IMG/VR virus record: IMGVR_UViG_3300002143_000235
Span: 1-64,000 of that record
Direction: 5' to 3' (one strand)
DNA length: 64,000 nt
Shown here one piece after another: positions 1 through 8,597 of the stretch; positions within the stretch are counted from its first letter, which is position 1, and each line of letters begins with the position of its first letter. The position numbers and the translations under genes were made by a program. Below the pieces are notes generated by a model. That model searched no databases. It saw only the letters and a list, made by a program, of their open reading frames with translations, and was not told the origin of the DNA.

Positions 1-992
1 TAAATATCTGAAATGGTTGCTTCTATGATCTCCAAACGACTTGTTACTGAGTTATAATTGATAGTTGCATTTTTAATTGTATCACAGCCTTTAATCACAT
101 CAAATAGTTTACTTTTAAACTTATCCCACATATTTTTTACTGTTGTATAGTCGTCAACTAAATCTACAACAATTTTCATTCCATCTATGTTTGCTAAAAA
201 TTCATCATATGTTTTATAACGTTTTAACCAATTAATATTATCATCAAGATAAGAAGAAAGTCTAAGCATATCTTCTTGAGTAAGTTCGTCTGTAATAGCT
301 GATCGTGTTTGTAAAATAAAATAATCCATGAGTGCAAGAATATCTTCACTCTTGTTATGATAGTCTGCTCCACCAATATAACGAAACTCAAGGTAATTCT
401 TCCATTTTTTTTGAAAATTTACACCGTAATATTTTGTATCATCAGGTAGTGAAAACCCACCCATAATAGAATTTATTGCACCATCCGTATCAGTAAAACC
501 TTCAAAAGGTACAATCCATTTAATTGATCTTGCATAAATATTATTACGACGTGATGGAAATTTCGAATAAATGAAATCTTCATCAAGTGATAATATCATC
601 TTAATAACATTCAAATCTTTGACTTCCATATCTTCTAAAGATATATTGATATGAACAGAACAATGCTCATCTGTATAACCATTTTTCTTAATAAATTCAA
701 GCATTTTAATGATTGTCATTCGTGCATCCATCCATGTCATTGGACCGGTAATTAACTCCACCATTTCAGATCCACCCGAAAAATCTGGTTCAATTTTAAA
801 TGTTTTATCGGTAACCTCAAATGCTGTATGGTAAGCATTAAAACCCCAAACTTCTACAGGTTGTAGAGCAATGTTTAACATCTCAACAGTTTTTACATAG
901 CTGTGATTAGAAAAAAACTCAAACTCTATACCTACCTTGGCTTTCGAAAGTTCTTTCCAAGCATTCATGAAACGACTGTTGAATGTATCCAT
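1..992 (-). CDS. Amidoligase (COOH-NH2 ligase, Amidoligase_2-like), 3' end runs off the window
   Basis: Hand translation from ATG at 992, open to the window edge: MDTFNSRF..KVGIEFEFF..KIEPDFSGGSEMVELITGP..CSVHINIS..KYYGVNF..LEFRYIGG; CATATATAC promoter motif at 997-1005. Missing from the ORF track because it is partial. Confidence 0.75.
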   Translation of the reverse strand, partial: MDTFNSRFMNAWKELSKAKVGIEFEFFSNHSYVKTVEMLNIALQPVEVWGFNAYHTAFEVTDKTFKIEPDFSGGSEMVELITGPMTWMDARMTIIKMLEFIKKNGYTDEHCSVHINISLEDMEVKDLNVIKMILSLDEDFIYSKFPSRRNNIYARSIKWIVPFEGFTDTDGAINSIMGGFSLPDDTKYYGVNFQKKWKNYLEFRYIGGADYHNKSEDILALMDYFILQTRSAITDELTQEDMLRLSSYLDDNINWLKRYKTYDEFLANIDGMKIVVDLVDDYTTVKNMWDKFKSKLFDVIKGCDTIKNATINYNSVTSRLEIIEATISDI

Positions 993-1032
993 ACCTGTAT
1001 ATATGAAAATGGGTAACCTAAGTCACCCATTT

Positions 1033-1278
1033 TTATTTTTTCAAATCTGTAAGCATCATTGCTCGATCTCTAATAGCATCTTTTAGACATGCATTAGCTG
1101 TATCTGAATCGAACTGAACCTTATCTATTGTTAATTTTCTATATAGTCTATTATAAACAAATGTATAATTTTCCTCTGCTGTATTTAAGTACTGTAACAA
1201 ATCTGTCGCAGTAACACCACTTTCAAGGTAATCATCAAGTACATAATTTATGCAGACATAGATTGCATCTGTATTCAT
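1033..1278 (-). CDS. hypothetical protein
   Basis: 81 aa ORF co-directional with neighbours, no motif recognised. Confidence 0.6.
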   Translation of the reverse strand: MNTDAIYVCINYVLDDYLESGVTATDLLQYLNTAEENYTFVYNRLYRKLTIDKVQFDSDTANACLKDAIRDRAMMLTDLKK

Positions 1279-1284
1279 ATAGAA

Positions 1285-1683
1285 TTAAGAAAATTTAGAA
1301 GCTAACATATGAAAAAACAATGCTTTTTCTTGGATTGACATATTTGTTGATTTTTTTTCAGCAAGATCAAAAATATCAACAACTTGTTGTTTAACGTCTT
1401 CTTCAGAATCTTTAGCAATAATTGGTTTTGTTTTAATTTCAACTGACTCAACAACAGCTTCAATATTTTGAATATCATAAGGTAGTTGCATTTTTAATGA
1501 TCCGTGTTGTAAATATGATGATGAATCAATCATATTTTCAAGATCTGACATACAATTATCAACATGATAACCAGCATCACCTTCGCTTGAAGCTTCAACA
1601 GAACCTTCAACAACTACATTAACTGTAAATTTATACGTTCTTAGAGATTCATTCTCATTTACGTGATCTGTAAATTTTTTCAT
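1285..1683 (-). CDS. hypothetical protein with capsid-targeting-like N-terminus (MKKFTDHVNENES)
   Basis: 132 aa ORF; leader resembles T4 CTS ending in VNE. Confidence 0.6.
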   Translation of the reverse strand: MKKFTDHVNENESLRTYKFTVNVVVEGSVEASSEGDAGYHVDNCMSDLENMIDSSSYLQHGSLKMQLPYDIQNIEAVVESVEIKTKPIIAKDSEEDVKQQVVDIFDLAEKKSTNMSIQEKALFFHMLASKFS

Positions 1684-2402
1684 TATTTATCTTCTATCTT
1701 ATTTATTATTTCTTCTAGTACTGATGAAACTTCTGCAGTAAGTTCAATAAAATACTCGTCATTACCATCATTTTTATAGTACATCAATTGTTGAATTTCA
1801 AAATCGACACTACCATCATTTTCTGCAGGATTTTCATTTGTTTCTGGTGATGTTTCCCAAAAATTAGCATGATAATTTGATGTAACAACTAATGATACTT
1901 TTAAATCATCATTTATAAACGATGTCTCTTGTGTTGTTGTTTTATCATTTTCAAGATCTTTTACATATGGAATTTCATTTGCATATACATACCAACCGTC
2001 TCCAAATTCAACTACTTCAAATGTTCTATTAGGAACATTTGAATAGTTTGTTGTACGTTTTGTACGTGGCATTTTATACGCTTTAGCAACAACATTAACA
2101 AATGCTTCAATATCTTTTAAATGTTTAAGAGCTTCTAATTGTGCCTGAGTATTATCATCACTAAATTGCTCAAATGTTTTAATAACATATTCACGCTTTT
2201 CAGAAATAAACTTTGGGCTTGTTTTAATAGCTGTGATAATTTCACCCATGTTATCCTGTATAAATGTTGCAGATAATTCAGCAGGTGTATTTACAGGATC
2301 AACAAAATAGTTTTGTAAGATTTCAATTGCCTCTAGTTTATCAATATTCATTCCTGCCATGTAATCTACATAGAGTTGAATATCATTATATCTTCCGTCC
2401 AT
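1683..2402 (-). CDS. hypothetical protein
   Basis: 239 aa ORF, TAATG overlap with next gene, ATATATAA motif upstream (2424-2433). Confidence 0.7.
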   Translation of the reverse strand: MDGRYNDIQLYVDYMAGMNIDKLEAIEILQNYFVDPVNTPAELSATFIQDNMGEIITAIKTSPKFISEKREYVIKTFEQFSDDNTQAQLEALKHLKDIEAFVNVVAKAYKMPRTKRTTNYSNVPNRTFEVVEFGDGWYVYANEIPYVKDLENDKTTTQETSFINDDLKVSLVVTSNYHANFWETSPETNENPAENDGSVDFEIQQLMYYKNDGNDEYFIELTAEVSSVLEEIINKIEDK

Positions 2403-2446
2403 CTAAGGAATTATTTCATTTTTTTATATATATCAAACAGTTGAAA

Positions 2447-3334
2447 TCATATATCGAATTCACCAAAATCCATATCATCAGTATCTTGCTTGAAAGCCCC
2501 CGTTGTATAAGATATAATTTCTGTTTCCTGTATATTATTTGAAATAATAGAAAATTTAGTCCAACCTTTTGTTTTACCATATACTGGACTATTACCTGTA
2601 TTAATTCGTTTATCTAAGGTTGATAGTGAAATATTAAATTCAACACAAAATATTTTAAGATCTGATCCATTTACTTTATAAATAAATCCATTAGGAGCAA
2701 TAAATATATGATCAATAGATCTACTACTTTTTCTACCTTTATTAGCTATACTAATTTTATTACGCATTTCAGATGAAATTATAGCACCATAACGTGGATT
2801 ATTTTTTCCTTTAACTTTAGCTGAAATTTTTTCTTTACTGTTATTAGTGTGTTGATGTCCTTTAAAATAACCACCAACAGAAACTTGATGTGCTGTACGT
2901 AATTCTTTTTGAATTTTAGCTTGTTCAATACCATAAATTTCTTCGTAAGTTTTACCGCTATGATTAGGTGGACGATTATCTAAACAAAAATTACACAAAG
3001 GTCCACGTTTTACTGTTTCACCATCTATTGTACCAATTGCTTGAATACTTATAGTTTCATTGTTATATGCATCAGTTTCATTATTTGTAAAATAAATCTT
3101 TTCAATTATAGGTTCTAATCCTAATGATTGTATTTTTTCAAATTTATGTTTAAGAATTGAATTTAGTTTTTTGTTATTATTTTTAAAATTTTTAAAATGC
3201 TCTAAATAACGTTTATCTTTTCCTTTACCTAAATAAATAGGTTCAAATAAAAAACACAAATTTATGTTTTCATAAGTATATTTTCCAGGTTTTCTAGGAT
3301 CTAAATAAACATAATTATACCACATATCCATCAA
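2447..3334 (-). CDS. GIY-YIG homing endonuclease with NUMOD3-like repeats, fused in frame to an NrdB C-terminal tail
   Basis: YVYLDPRKPGKY..PIYLGKGKDKRYLEH GIY-YIG variant; HTNNSKEKISAKVKGKNNPRYG NUMOD3-like; ends QETEIISYTTGAFKQDTDDMDFGEFDI. Confidence 0.8.
   Translation of the reverse strand: MMDMWYNYVYLDPRKPGKYTYENINLCFLFEPIYLGKGKDKRYLEHFKNFKNNNKKLNSILKHKFEKIQSLGLEPIIEKIYFTNNETDAYNNETISIQAIGTIDGETVKRGPLCNFCLDNRPPNHSGKTYEEIYGIEQAKIQKELRTAHQVSVGGYFKGHQHTNNSKEKISAKVKGKNNPRYGAIISSEMRNKISIANKGRKSSRSIDHIFIAPNGFIYKVNGSDLKIFCVEFNISLSTLDKRINTGNSPVYGKTKGWTKFSIISNNIQETEIISYTTGAFKQDTDDMDFGEFDI
2471..2520 (-). repeat. direct repeat copy 1 of nrdB 3' end (49/50 identical to 3740-3789)
   Basis: catatcatcagtatcttgcttgaaagcccccgttgtataagatataattt; single mismatch at 2498 vs 3767. 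Confidence 0.97.
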
Positions 3335-3713
3335 TATAATTTATTTGTGTATTTTCAATTTTTATATATCGACCATCTGTATGAATTGATGCAAATTCCG
3401 GTAATTTATAACCATAAATAAATAATTTATTAACAAATACACATGGTGTAATATCAATTATTTTATCATTCTGTAATATTACAGAATGTTGGATAGCTAA
3501 TAATTCAGTATTTTCTTCATTTGTTAATAAATAGTATCCTAAAATTTTTTCACTATCGTGATTATCATAAATATATTTATTAACATTATTATGACAATCA
3601 TTCATTATGTAATTTGAAGTTAATGGTATATCTAAAATTAAACAATTTTCTGGTTTCATCTTTATAATAAAAGATGAAACCAAAGGAACAGATATTTCAG
3701 CTATTTTCCACAT
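3315..3713 (-). CDS. papain/transglutaminase-like protein with Cys40-His76-Asp87 triad, candidate protein glutamine deamidase
   Basis: DCHNNV..ILGYYLL..AIQHSVIL..KIIDITP; starts 2 nt after the nrdB stop. Confidence 0.55.
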   Translation of the reverse strand: MWKIAEISVPLVSSFIIKMKPENCLILDIPLTSNYIMNDCHNNVNKYIYDNHDSEKILGYYLLTNEENTELLAIQHSVILQNDKIIDITPCVFVNKLFIYGYKLPEFASIHTDGRYIKIENTQINYIDGYVV

Positions 3714-3715
3714 TT

Positions 3716-4789
3716 TTAAATATTAAAATCGTCAAAAATCATATCATCAGTATCTTGCTTGAAAGCGCCCGTTGTATAAGATATAATTTGAGTTTGTTGT
3801 GGCGCTTCTTGAACAGCATTTCCACCAATCCAGTTACCAATCCATCCAATAGGATTTGCTACTTTTTCAAAAATTGGTTCCATTTTGATAATCTTCATAC
3901 GCTGATTTGTTAAATACTTCATATACTGAATAAGAATTTCAGCATTTAGACCAATCATTGAACCATCTTTAAACAAATATCTTGCCCAATCCATTTCTTC
4001 TTGAGCAGCGTCGCGGTACATTTGTGCTGTAATATCTTTACATTCAGCAACAACCTCATGAAAACCTTCACTAGCATCTTCAGCCATGATTTTCAAAATA
4101 AGTGATGAAAATCCCATATGCAAGTTCTCGTCACGTGCAATAAGTGATATGATCTTTGCATTACCTTCCATCTTCTTATTCTGTGCAAAAGCAAATGAGC
4201 AAGCGAATGAAACGTAAAAACGAATACCTTCAAGAATGTTGATAGATACAAGTGTTAAATATAATTTCTTTTTTTGATTGTGAATTGTATCATCTGGAAT
4301 TGCATTAATCAATTCATCATAATATTTTGTTACCGACATTGCACGATCAAGTATACGTTGATCAGTAAGAACTGTATCAAGTACTTCAGAAGGATTTGTA
4401 TAAATCTGTTTGATGATGTAGGTATAAGAATACGAGTGAAGAGTTTCCATGAATTCCCATGCTTTAGCAAACGCTTCAACTTCTGGATTTGTACAGTTCT
4501 CAAGTAAATGCGAAATTCCACGTGATTGAATTGTATCAAGCAAAATCTGGTATTTAAGGTTGAGTGTGAATACAACTTGTTGAAATTCAGGAAGTGAATT
4601 AAAGTCCATCTTATCCTTACTCAAGTTAATTTCTTCTGGTCTCCACATGTAAGCAAGTTGTTGCTTGAACATGTTGAAGATCTTTTCATATTTTGGATGA
4701 TCGTATCGTTGAACTCCCAAACCATGTGGGCCAAAGAACATCGGCTGTGAACGTGTGTCCTCAGTGCTTGTATTTATTATCGATTTCAT
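3716..4789 (-). CDS. nrdB: class Ia ribonucleotide reductase beta subunit with atypical APQQTQIISY tail
   Basis: WRPEE (W48), YQILLD (D84), ETLHSYSY (E115/H118/Y122), ILEGIRFYVSFA (E204), RDENLH (D237/E238/H241); tail Tyr356 equivalent present. Confidence 0.96.
   Translation of the reverse strand: MKSIINTSTEDTRSQPMFFGPHGLGVQRYDHPKYEKIFNMFKQQLAYMWRPEEINLSKDKMDFNSLPEFQQVVFTLNLKYQILLDTIQSRGISHLLENCTNPEVEAFAKAWEFMETLHSYSYTYIIKQIYTNPSEVLDTVLTDQRILDRAMSVTKYYDELINAIPDDTIHNQKKKLYLTLVSINILEGIRFYVSFACSFAFAQNKKMEGNAKIISLIARDENLHMGFSSLILKIMAEDASEGFHEVVAECKDITAQMYRDAAQEEMDWARYLFKDGSMIGLNAEILIQYMKYLTNQRMKIIKMEPIFEKVANPIGWIGNWIGGNAVQEAPQQTQIISYTTGAFKQDTDDMIFDDFNI
3740..3789 (-). repeat. direct repeat copy 2 of nrdB 3' end (within nrdB)
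   Basis: catatcatcagtatcttgcttgaaagcgcccgttgtataagatataattt. Confidence 0.97.
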
Positions 4790-4818
4790 ATCTTATTTGT
4801 GTTTTGATTATAGACTAG

Positions 4819-4850
4819 AATGCACTGAAAGTCTGACCTTCCAGTGCATT
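4819..4850. terminator. stem-loop between nrdA and nrdB
   Basis: aatgcactg-aaagtctgaccttc-cagtgcatt inverted repeat. Confidence 0.55.
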
Positions 4851-4858
4851 TATTGGTA

Positions 4859-7141
4859 TTAGATAGAGCAAGCACCTCCTGCGCATGTTTCATCTGTACC
4901 CATATCATCAAGATCATCAGATTTTTTATCATCTGTGTTGGCATAGTAGATTGTCTTCAATCCCCATTTGTAGCTGTTGAAAATGTCAGTCATTACCGTC
5001 TTCAATGAGATTCCCTCAGCTGAGTACTCATAGTAGTGGTTTGCACTAATGGATTGATCAATCCATTTCTGAATGAAACCAACAATTTTTGTATAACCAT
5101 CATTAGATCCCATTTCAAATGCTTTTTGATATTTGTTCTTCAATCGAACAGACTCAGGAGCAACTTGTTTTACAACACCTGTCTTAGAACGCTTTGTAGT
5201 GATGAGTGATCTAATTGGTTCAATACCATTTGTAGCATTTTGAACTACTGCTGATGATTCTGCTGGCATAATAGCTGATAATACAGAATTGCGTAAACCT
5301 GCACCGTATTGTAATTCATATCTTAATGCTTCCCAATCACAAGAATATGGTCGTTTACATAATTCATCAAGATTTTTATTATATCGATCAATTGGTAAAA
5401 CACCTTGTGAATATGTTGTTTTATCATACCATTCACAAGCACCGAATTCTTTTGCTAATTTGTTTGATGCTACTAATAATGAATATTGAATTCGTTCAAA
5501 TAATTCATCAACTTTTTCGAGAGCCTCTGGATCAGTATATTTTAAATCTTGTTTAGCAAGCCAATATGCAAAATTAGTAACACCAACTCCTAAACTACGG
5601 CGTTTTAACATTTTTCTTGATGCATTAACTGGATAATCTTGGTGTTCAATTATAAAATCAAGTAATCGTACACAATATTCAGAACATTTATCTAGTTCTT
5701 CCATTGATTTTATATTTCCTAAATTAAGTGCTGCAAGTACACATAAAGCTATTTCACCTTCAGATAAATGTTCAGTTGATGGATCGTGGTCGATGTCATA
5801 AATTGATGTTAATTCTTTTGTTACTAAACATATTTCTACACATAGATTTGACATACGAACACGTTCAATGAATGGTGAATTAGAATTAACATTATCTATA
5901 TTCATGATATAGATTCTTCCAGTTCCAACACGCTCTTGGGCTATTAAATTCATTAATTCACGTGCCTTAATCGTCTTACGTTTTATTTTTTTATCATTTT
6001 CATATTTTACATACAATTCATCGAATTCAGCATTATCACCAAAAGCATCGTATAAACCTGGAACATCTGCTGGTGAAAATAAAGCAACATCTTCATTTTT
6101 TATAAAACGTTGAAAAATTAATTTTGATAATTGAATACCATAATCCATGTGTCGTACACGATTATCATCAGTTCCTTTGTTGTTCTTCAATATAACGACA
6201 TCTTCAATTTCTTGGTGCCACCAAGGAAAATAAATTGTTGCAGATCCTTTACGAATTCCACCTTGTGAACATGAATGTGTAGAGCTCTGAAATTGTTTAA
6301 AAAATGGAACAACTCCAGTATGTATAATTTCACCTCCACGAATCTCACTTCCAACACCACGAATTCTACCGCCATTAAGTCCAATACCAGCACGCTTAGA
6401 AACATATTTAGTAATTGCAGTATTTATGTGACAAATACTATCCAATGAATCACCAGTTTCTAATAATACACATGAACTATACTGTCTATTTGGTGTACGT
6501 ACACCAGCCATGATCGGTGTAGGTAATGATATTTTTTGCTGTGATATGAGATCATATAACTCTTTTACATGTTTTAATCTTACATCATGATCATAATTCA
6601 TAAATACTGTCATCGCTATAAGCATAAAAGCATATTGTGGCGTTTCGTAAATTGTTTTAGTTTTTCTGTGCTGAACCAAATACTTATCCATCAATTGCTG
6701 TAATCCAGCGTGTGTGAAATCATAATCACGTTTGTGTTTCAGATACAAATTCAATACAGAAACTTCTTCTGTTGTGTATTTCTCAAGAATGATTGGATCA
6801 TATACCTCACGTTTAATATTGTTAACAATCACATTCCATAAATGTGGCATATCTGTTTTTACCTCGAATACTTCTTTACGAAGAAGATAGTTTAAAAGAT
6901 TACCAGCCACATATTGATAATTCGGTGTACGCTCAGATATCATATCAACAGCAGATGTAATAAGTACATTGTGTATTTGACTTGTTTTAATTCCTGGAAA
7001 AAATTGAATTTCAGCATTCATAGCCACATCTGATGCTGAAACACCAGCAAGACCTTCTGTTGCCCATAAGAGCACCTTATTAATTTTTTCCGCATCTAAT
7101 GGTGTTTTTTCACCGTTTCGTTTAGTCACTTTTAACTCCAT
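4859..7141 (-). CDS. nrdA: class Ia ribonucleotide reductase alpha subunit with ATP cone
   Basis: VTKRNG ATP cone, PTPIMAGVRT..SSCVL, SNLCVEI, AIMPAESS, GLKTIYY, C-terminal CAGGACSI. Confidence 0.97.
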   Translation of the reverse strand: MELKVTKRNGEKTPLDAEKINKVLLWATEGLAGVSASDVAMNAEIQFFPGIKTSQIHNVLITSAVDMISERTPNYQYVAGNLLNYLLRKEVFEVKTDMPHLWNVIVNNIKREVYDPIILEKYTTEEVSVLNLYLKHKRDYDFTHAGLQQLMDKYLVQHRKTKTIYETPQYAFMLIAMTVFMNYDHDVRLKHVKELYDLISQQKISLPTPIMAGVRTPNRQYSSCVLLETGDSLDSICHINTAITKYVSKRAGIGLNGGRIRGVGSEIRGGEIIHTGVVPFFKQFQSSTHSCSQGGIRKGSATIYFPWWHQEIEDVVILKNNKGTDDNRVRHMDYGIQLSKLIFQRFIKNEDVALFSPADVPGLYDAFGDNAEFDELYVKYENDKKIKRKTIKARELMNLIAQERVGTGRIYIMNIDNVNSNSPFIERVRMSNLCVEICLVTKELTSIYDIDHDPSTEHLSEGEIALCVLAALNLGNIKSMEELDKCSEYCVRLLDFIIEHQDYPVNASRKMLKRRSLGVGVTNFAYWLAKQDLKYTDPEALEKVDELFERIQYSLLVASNKLAKEFGACEWYDKTTYSQGVLPIDRYNKNLDELCKRPYSCDWEALRYELQYGAGLRNSVLSAIMPAESSAVVQNATNGIEPIRSLITTKRSKTGVVKQVAPESVRLKNKYQKAFEMGSNDGYTKIVGFIQKWIDQSISANHYYEYSAEGISLKTVMTDIFNSYKWGLKTIYYANTDDKKSDDLDDMGTDETCAGGACSI

Positions 7142-7420
7142 AGTTGTTATTATGTTTTAATTATTGTAGTCTTATATATGTGTTGAATTCCTCAAAGTTT
7201 GAGTTCACACCTCTGCATTATGTGGTCAAAAAATATTATTAGTATATTTCAATATCGAAAATTAAAAAGTGTGCCACATATGTAATACATGCATACGTAT
7301 TAGACAAATGCTATGGATTTTGATATATAATAAAAACATTTTAAAAAAATATTTTTCAAAAGCATACCACGGATTAAATATTTTACCTATATTCGTATCG
7401 TTCAATTAATAATTAAGATT

Positions 7421-8500
7421 ATGTCTCAGAAATCACAAGCATTAAATTTTCTCGCTTTTCTTGAAAAAGGAGCACATACTAAAAAAGAAGCAATTCAATT
7501 GTTTGTTAATAGTAATCCTGAAGCAAATGTGAATAACTTCAAGTTCTATATAAACGCTGCAATCAAATCTGGTGAATGGACTCCAAAAGTAGAAGAGGTA
7601 ACTTCATCAATTCTTGGTCTTCCAGCGATTAAAGAATCAAATGTTGTTCCATTTAAAGTTACAACAGTAGATCCAACAATTCTTCGTGATGAAAATTTTA
7701 AAGCATTCAAAACGGGAACAGCAGTCGATCGCATTGCTTCTAAACGTGATGGTGTCATGCCTGGTTGTGTATATGTAGTTCCTGGTGAATCAGGTGCAGG
7801 AAAAACAACAGTTTGTGTAAATATTGCTACTTATCTTAAAAGAAACAATCCTGGATTTACGGCTGGTTTTATTTCAGCTGAAATGGTTCTTGAAGATTGG
7901 ACTGATGAAGTATATGACAATAAGGATCTTGCAGATCTTGAAACAATTTTCATGCTCGATTACCTTGATGCTGATAACTACCTTGATGTACTTGTTCAAG
8001 CATTGAGTACATGGAATTTTATTGTTCTTGATTCGTTTGAAGTTATTCTTGATCAAATTAAAGAGATTAAAGGATGGACAGGAAAAAAAGCTGAAGCATA
8101 TCTCATCAATATTTTACGTCAAGCAGCTGATGAAAGTCGTTGTACAATTTTCGCGATTCAACATTTCACTAAAGGTGGTACTTATGCAGGATCAAGCAAA
8201 TTAAAACATATGCTTACAGGAATGTTGTATGTTCGTTTTGATGAAGGCGGTGAACGTTACATCGAGTTTGCTAAAAATCGCCGCGCTGGACATATGGTTA
8301 ACAAACGTCTATACTTTACAAAATGTAAAGAAACTGGTAAATTATTGTTTGACGGTAACAAATTTGAAATGCATGAAGCACAACGAGAATTTTCTGTGTC
8401 TGAGGTTAGTAAAATCAAAGAAGAAGAAAATGAATTTGATGCATTATTAGAGCAAGTAAAACTTCGCGAAACTGAAACTTCTGTATTAGTTGAAGCATAA
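7421..8500 (+). CDS. RadA/Sms-like RecA-family ATPase (no Zn finger or Lon domain)
   Basis: GESGAGKTT Walker A, IVLDSF Walker B, KGGTYAGSSKLKHML and KNRRAG RadA-like motifs. Confidence 0.75.
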   Translation: MSQKSQALNFLAFLEKGAHTKKEAIQLFVNSNPEANVNNFKFYINAAIKSGEWTPKVEEVTSSILGLPAIKESNVVPFKVTTVDPTILRDENFKAFKTGTAVDRIASKRDGVMPGCVYVVPGESGAGKTTVCVNIATYLKRNNPGFTAGFISAEMVLEDWTDEVYDNKDLADLETIFMLDYLDADNYLDVLVQALSTWNFIVLDSFEVILDQIKEIKGWTGKKAEAYLINILRQAADESRCTIFAIQHFTKGGTYAGSSKLKHMLTGMLYVRFDEGGERYIEFAKNRRAGHMVNKRLYFTKCKETGKLLFDGNKFEMHEAQREFSVSEVSKIKEEENEFDALLEQVKLRETETSVLVEA

Positions 8501-8506
8501 AAAGAA

Positions 8507-8545
8507 AAAAAATCACATCAAATGTTTTGTGTGTGATTTTTTTTT
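8507..8545 (+). terminator. intrinsic terminator
   Basis: aaaaaaaatcaca...tgtgatttttttt after the stop of 7421-8500. Confidence 0.55.
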
Positions 8546-8546
8546 C

Positions 8547-8554
8547 TATATTTG
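8547..8554 (+). promoter_or_regulatory. Bacteroidota-type -7 promoter element TATATTTG (also 12934+, 29677+, 49847-, 53585-, 61352-)
   Basis: matches TAnnTTTG consensus, each intergenic and upstream of a co-oriented gene. Confidence 0.7.
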
Positions 8555-8597
8555 TATTGTAAAACAAACAATTAAACACATTTAACGTATAAAAATT

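Larger units (their letters stand above)
2531..3799 (-). mobile_element. homing-endonuclease cassette inserted in nrdB after codon P348, supplying a variant nrdB 3' end, a Cys-His-Asp enzyme gene and a GIY-YIG gene
   Basis: Duplicated nrdB tail flanks two extra ORFs; the canonical QETE tail is displaced to the end of the nuclease ORF. Boundaries are approximate. Confidence 0.7.

Noticed and set aside
2531-3796. Group I intron or intein joining nrdB to the QETE tail
   Set aside because: The intervening DNA is fully occupied by a stop-terminated nrdB tail and two ORFs. There is no recognisable P7/catalytic core, the 5' exon would end in A rather than U, and stop codons exclude an intein. Not formally excluded without RT-PCR.
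3788-3796. CAA reassigned to Glu genome-wide
   Set aside because: Gln is translated at conserved Gln positions elsewhere (KYQILLD, PSQRK) and a tRNA-Gln(UUG) is encoded.
2264-3913. Plus-strand ORFs 2264-2542 and 3674-3913 sharing IISILLES.RCIRYN
   Set aside because: Antisense read-out of the duplicated nrdB tail, not independent genes. Most other short overlapping ORFs in the track are likewise shadows.
7160-7190. NrdR box upstream of nrdA
   Set aside because: The AT-rich pseudo-palindrome is better explained as the phage CATATATAA promoter motif.
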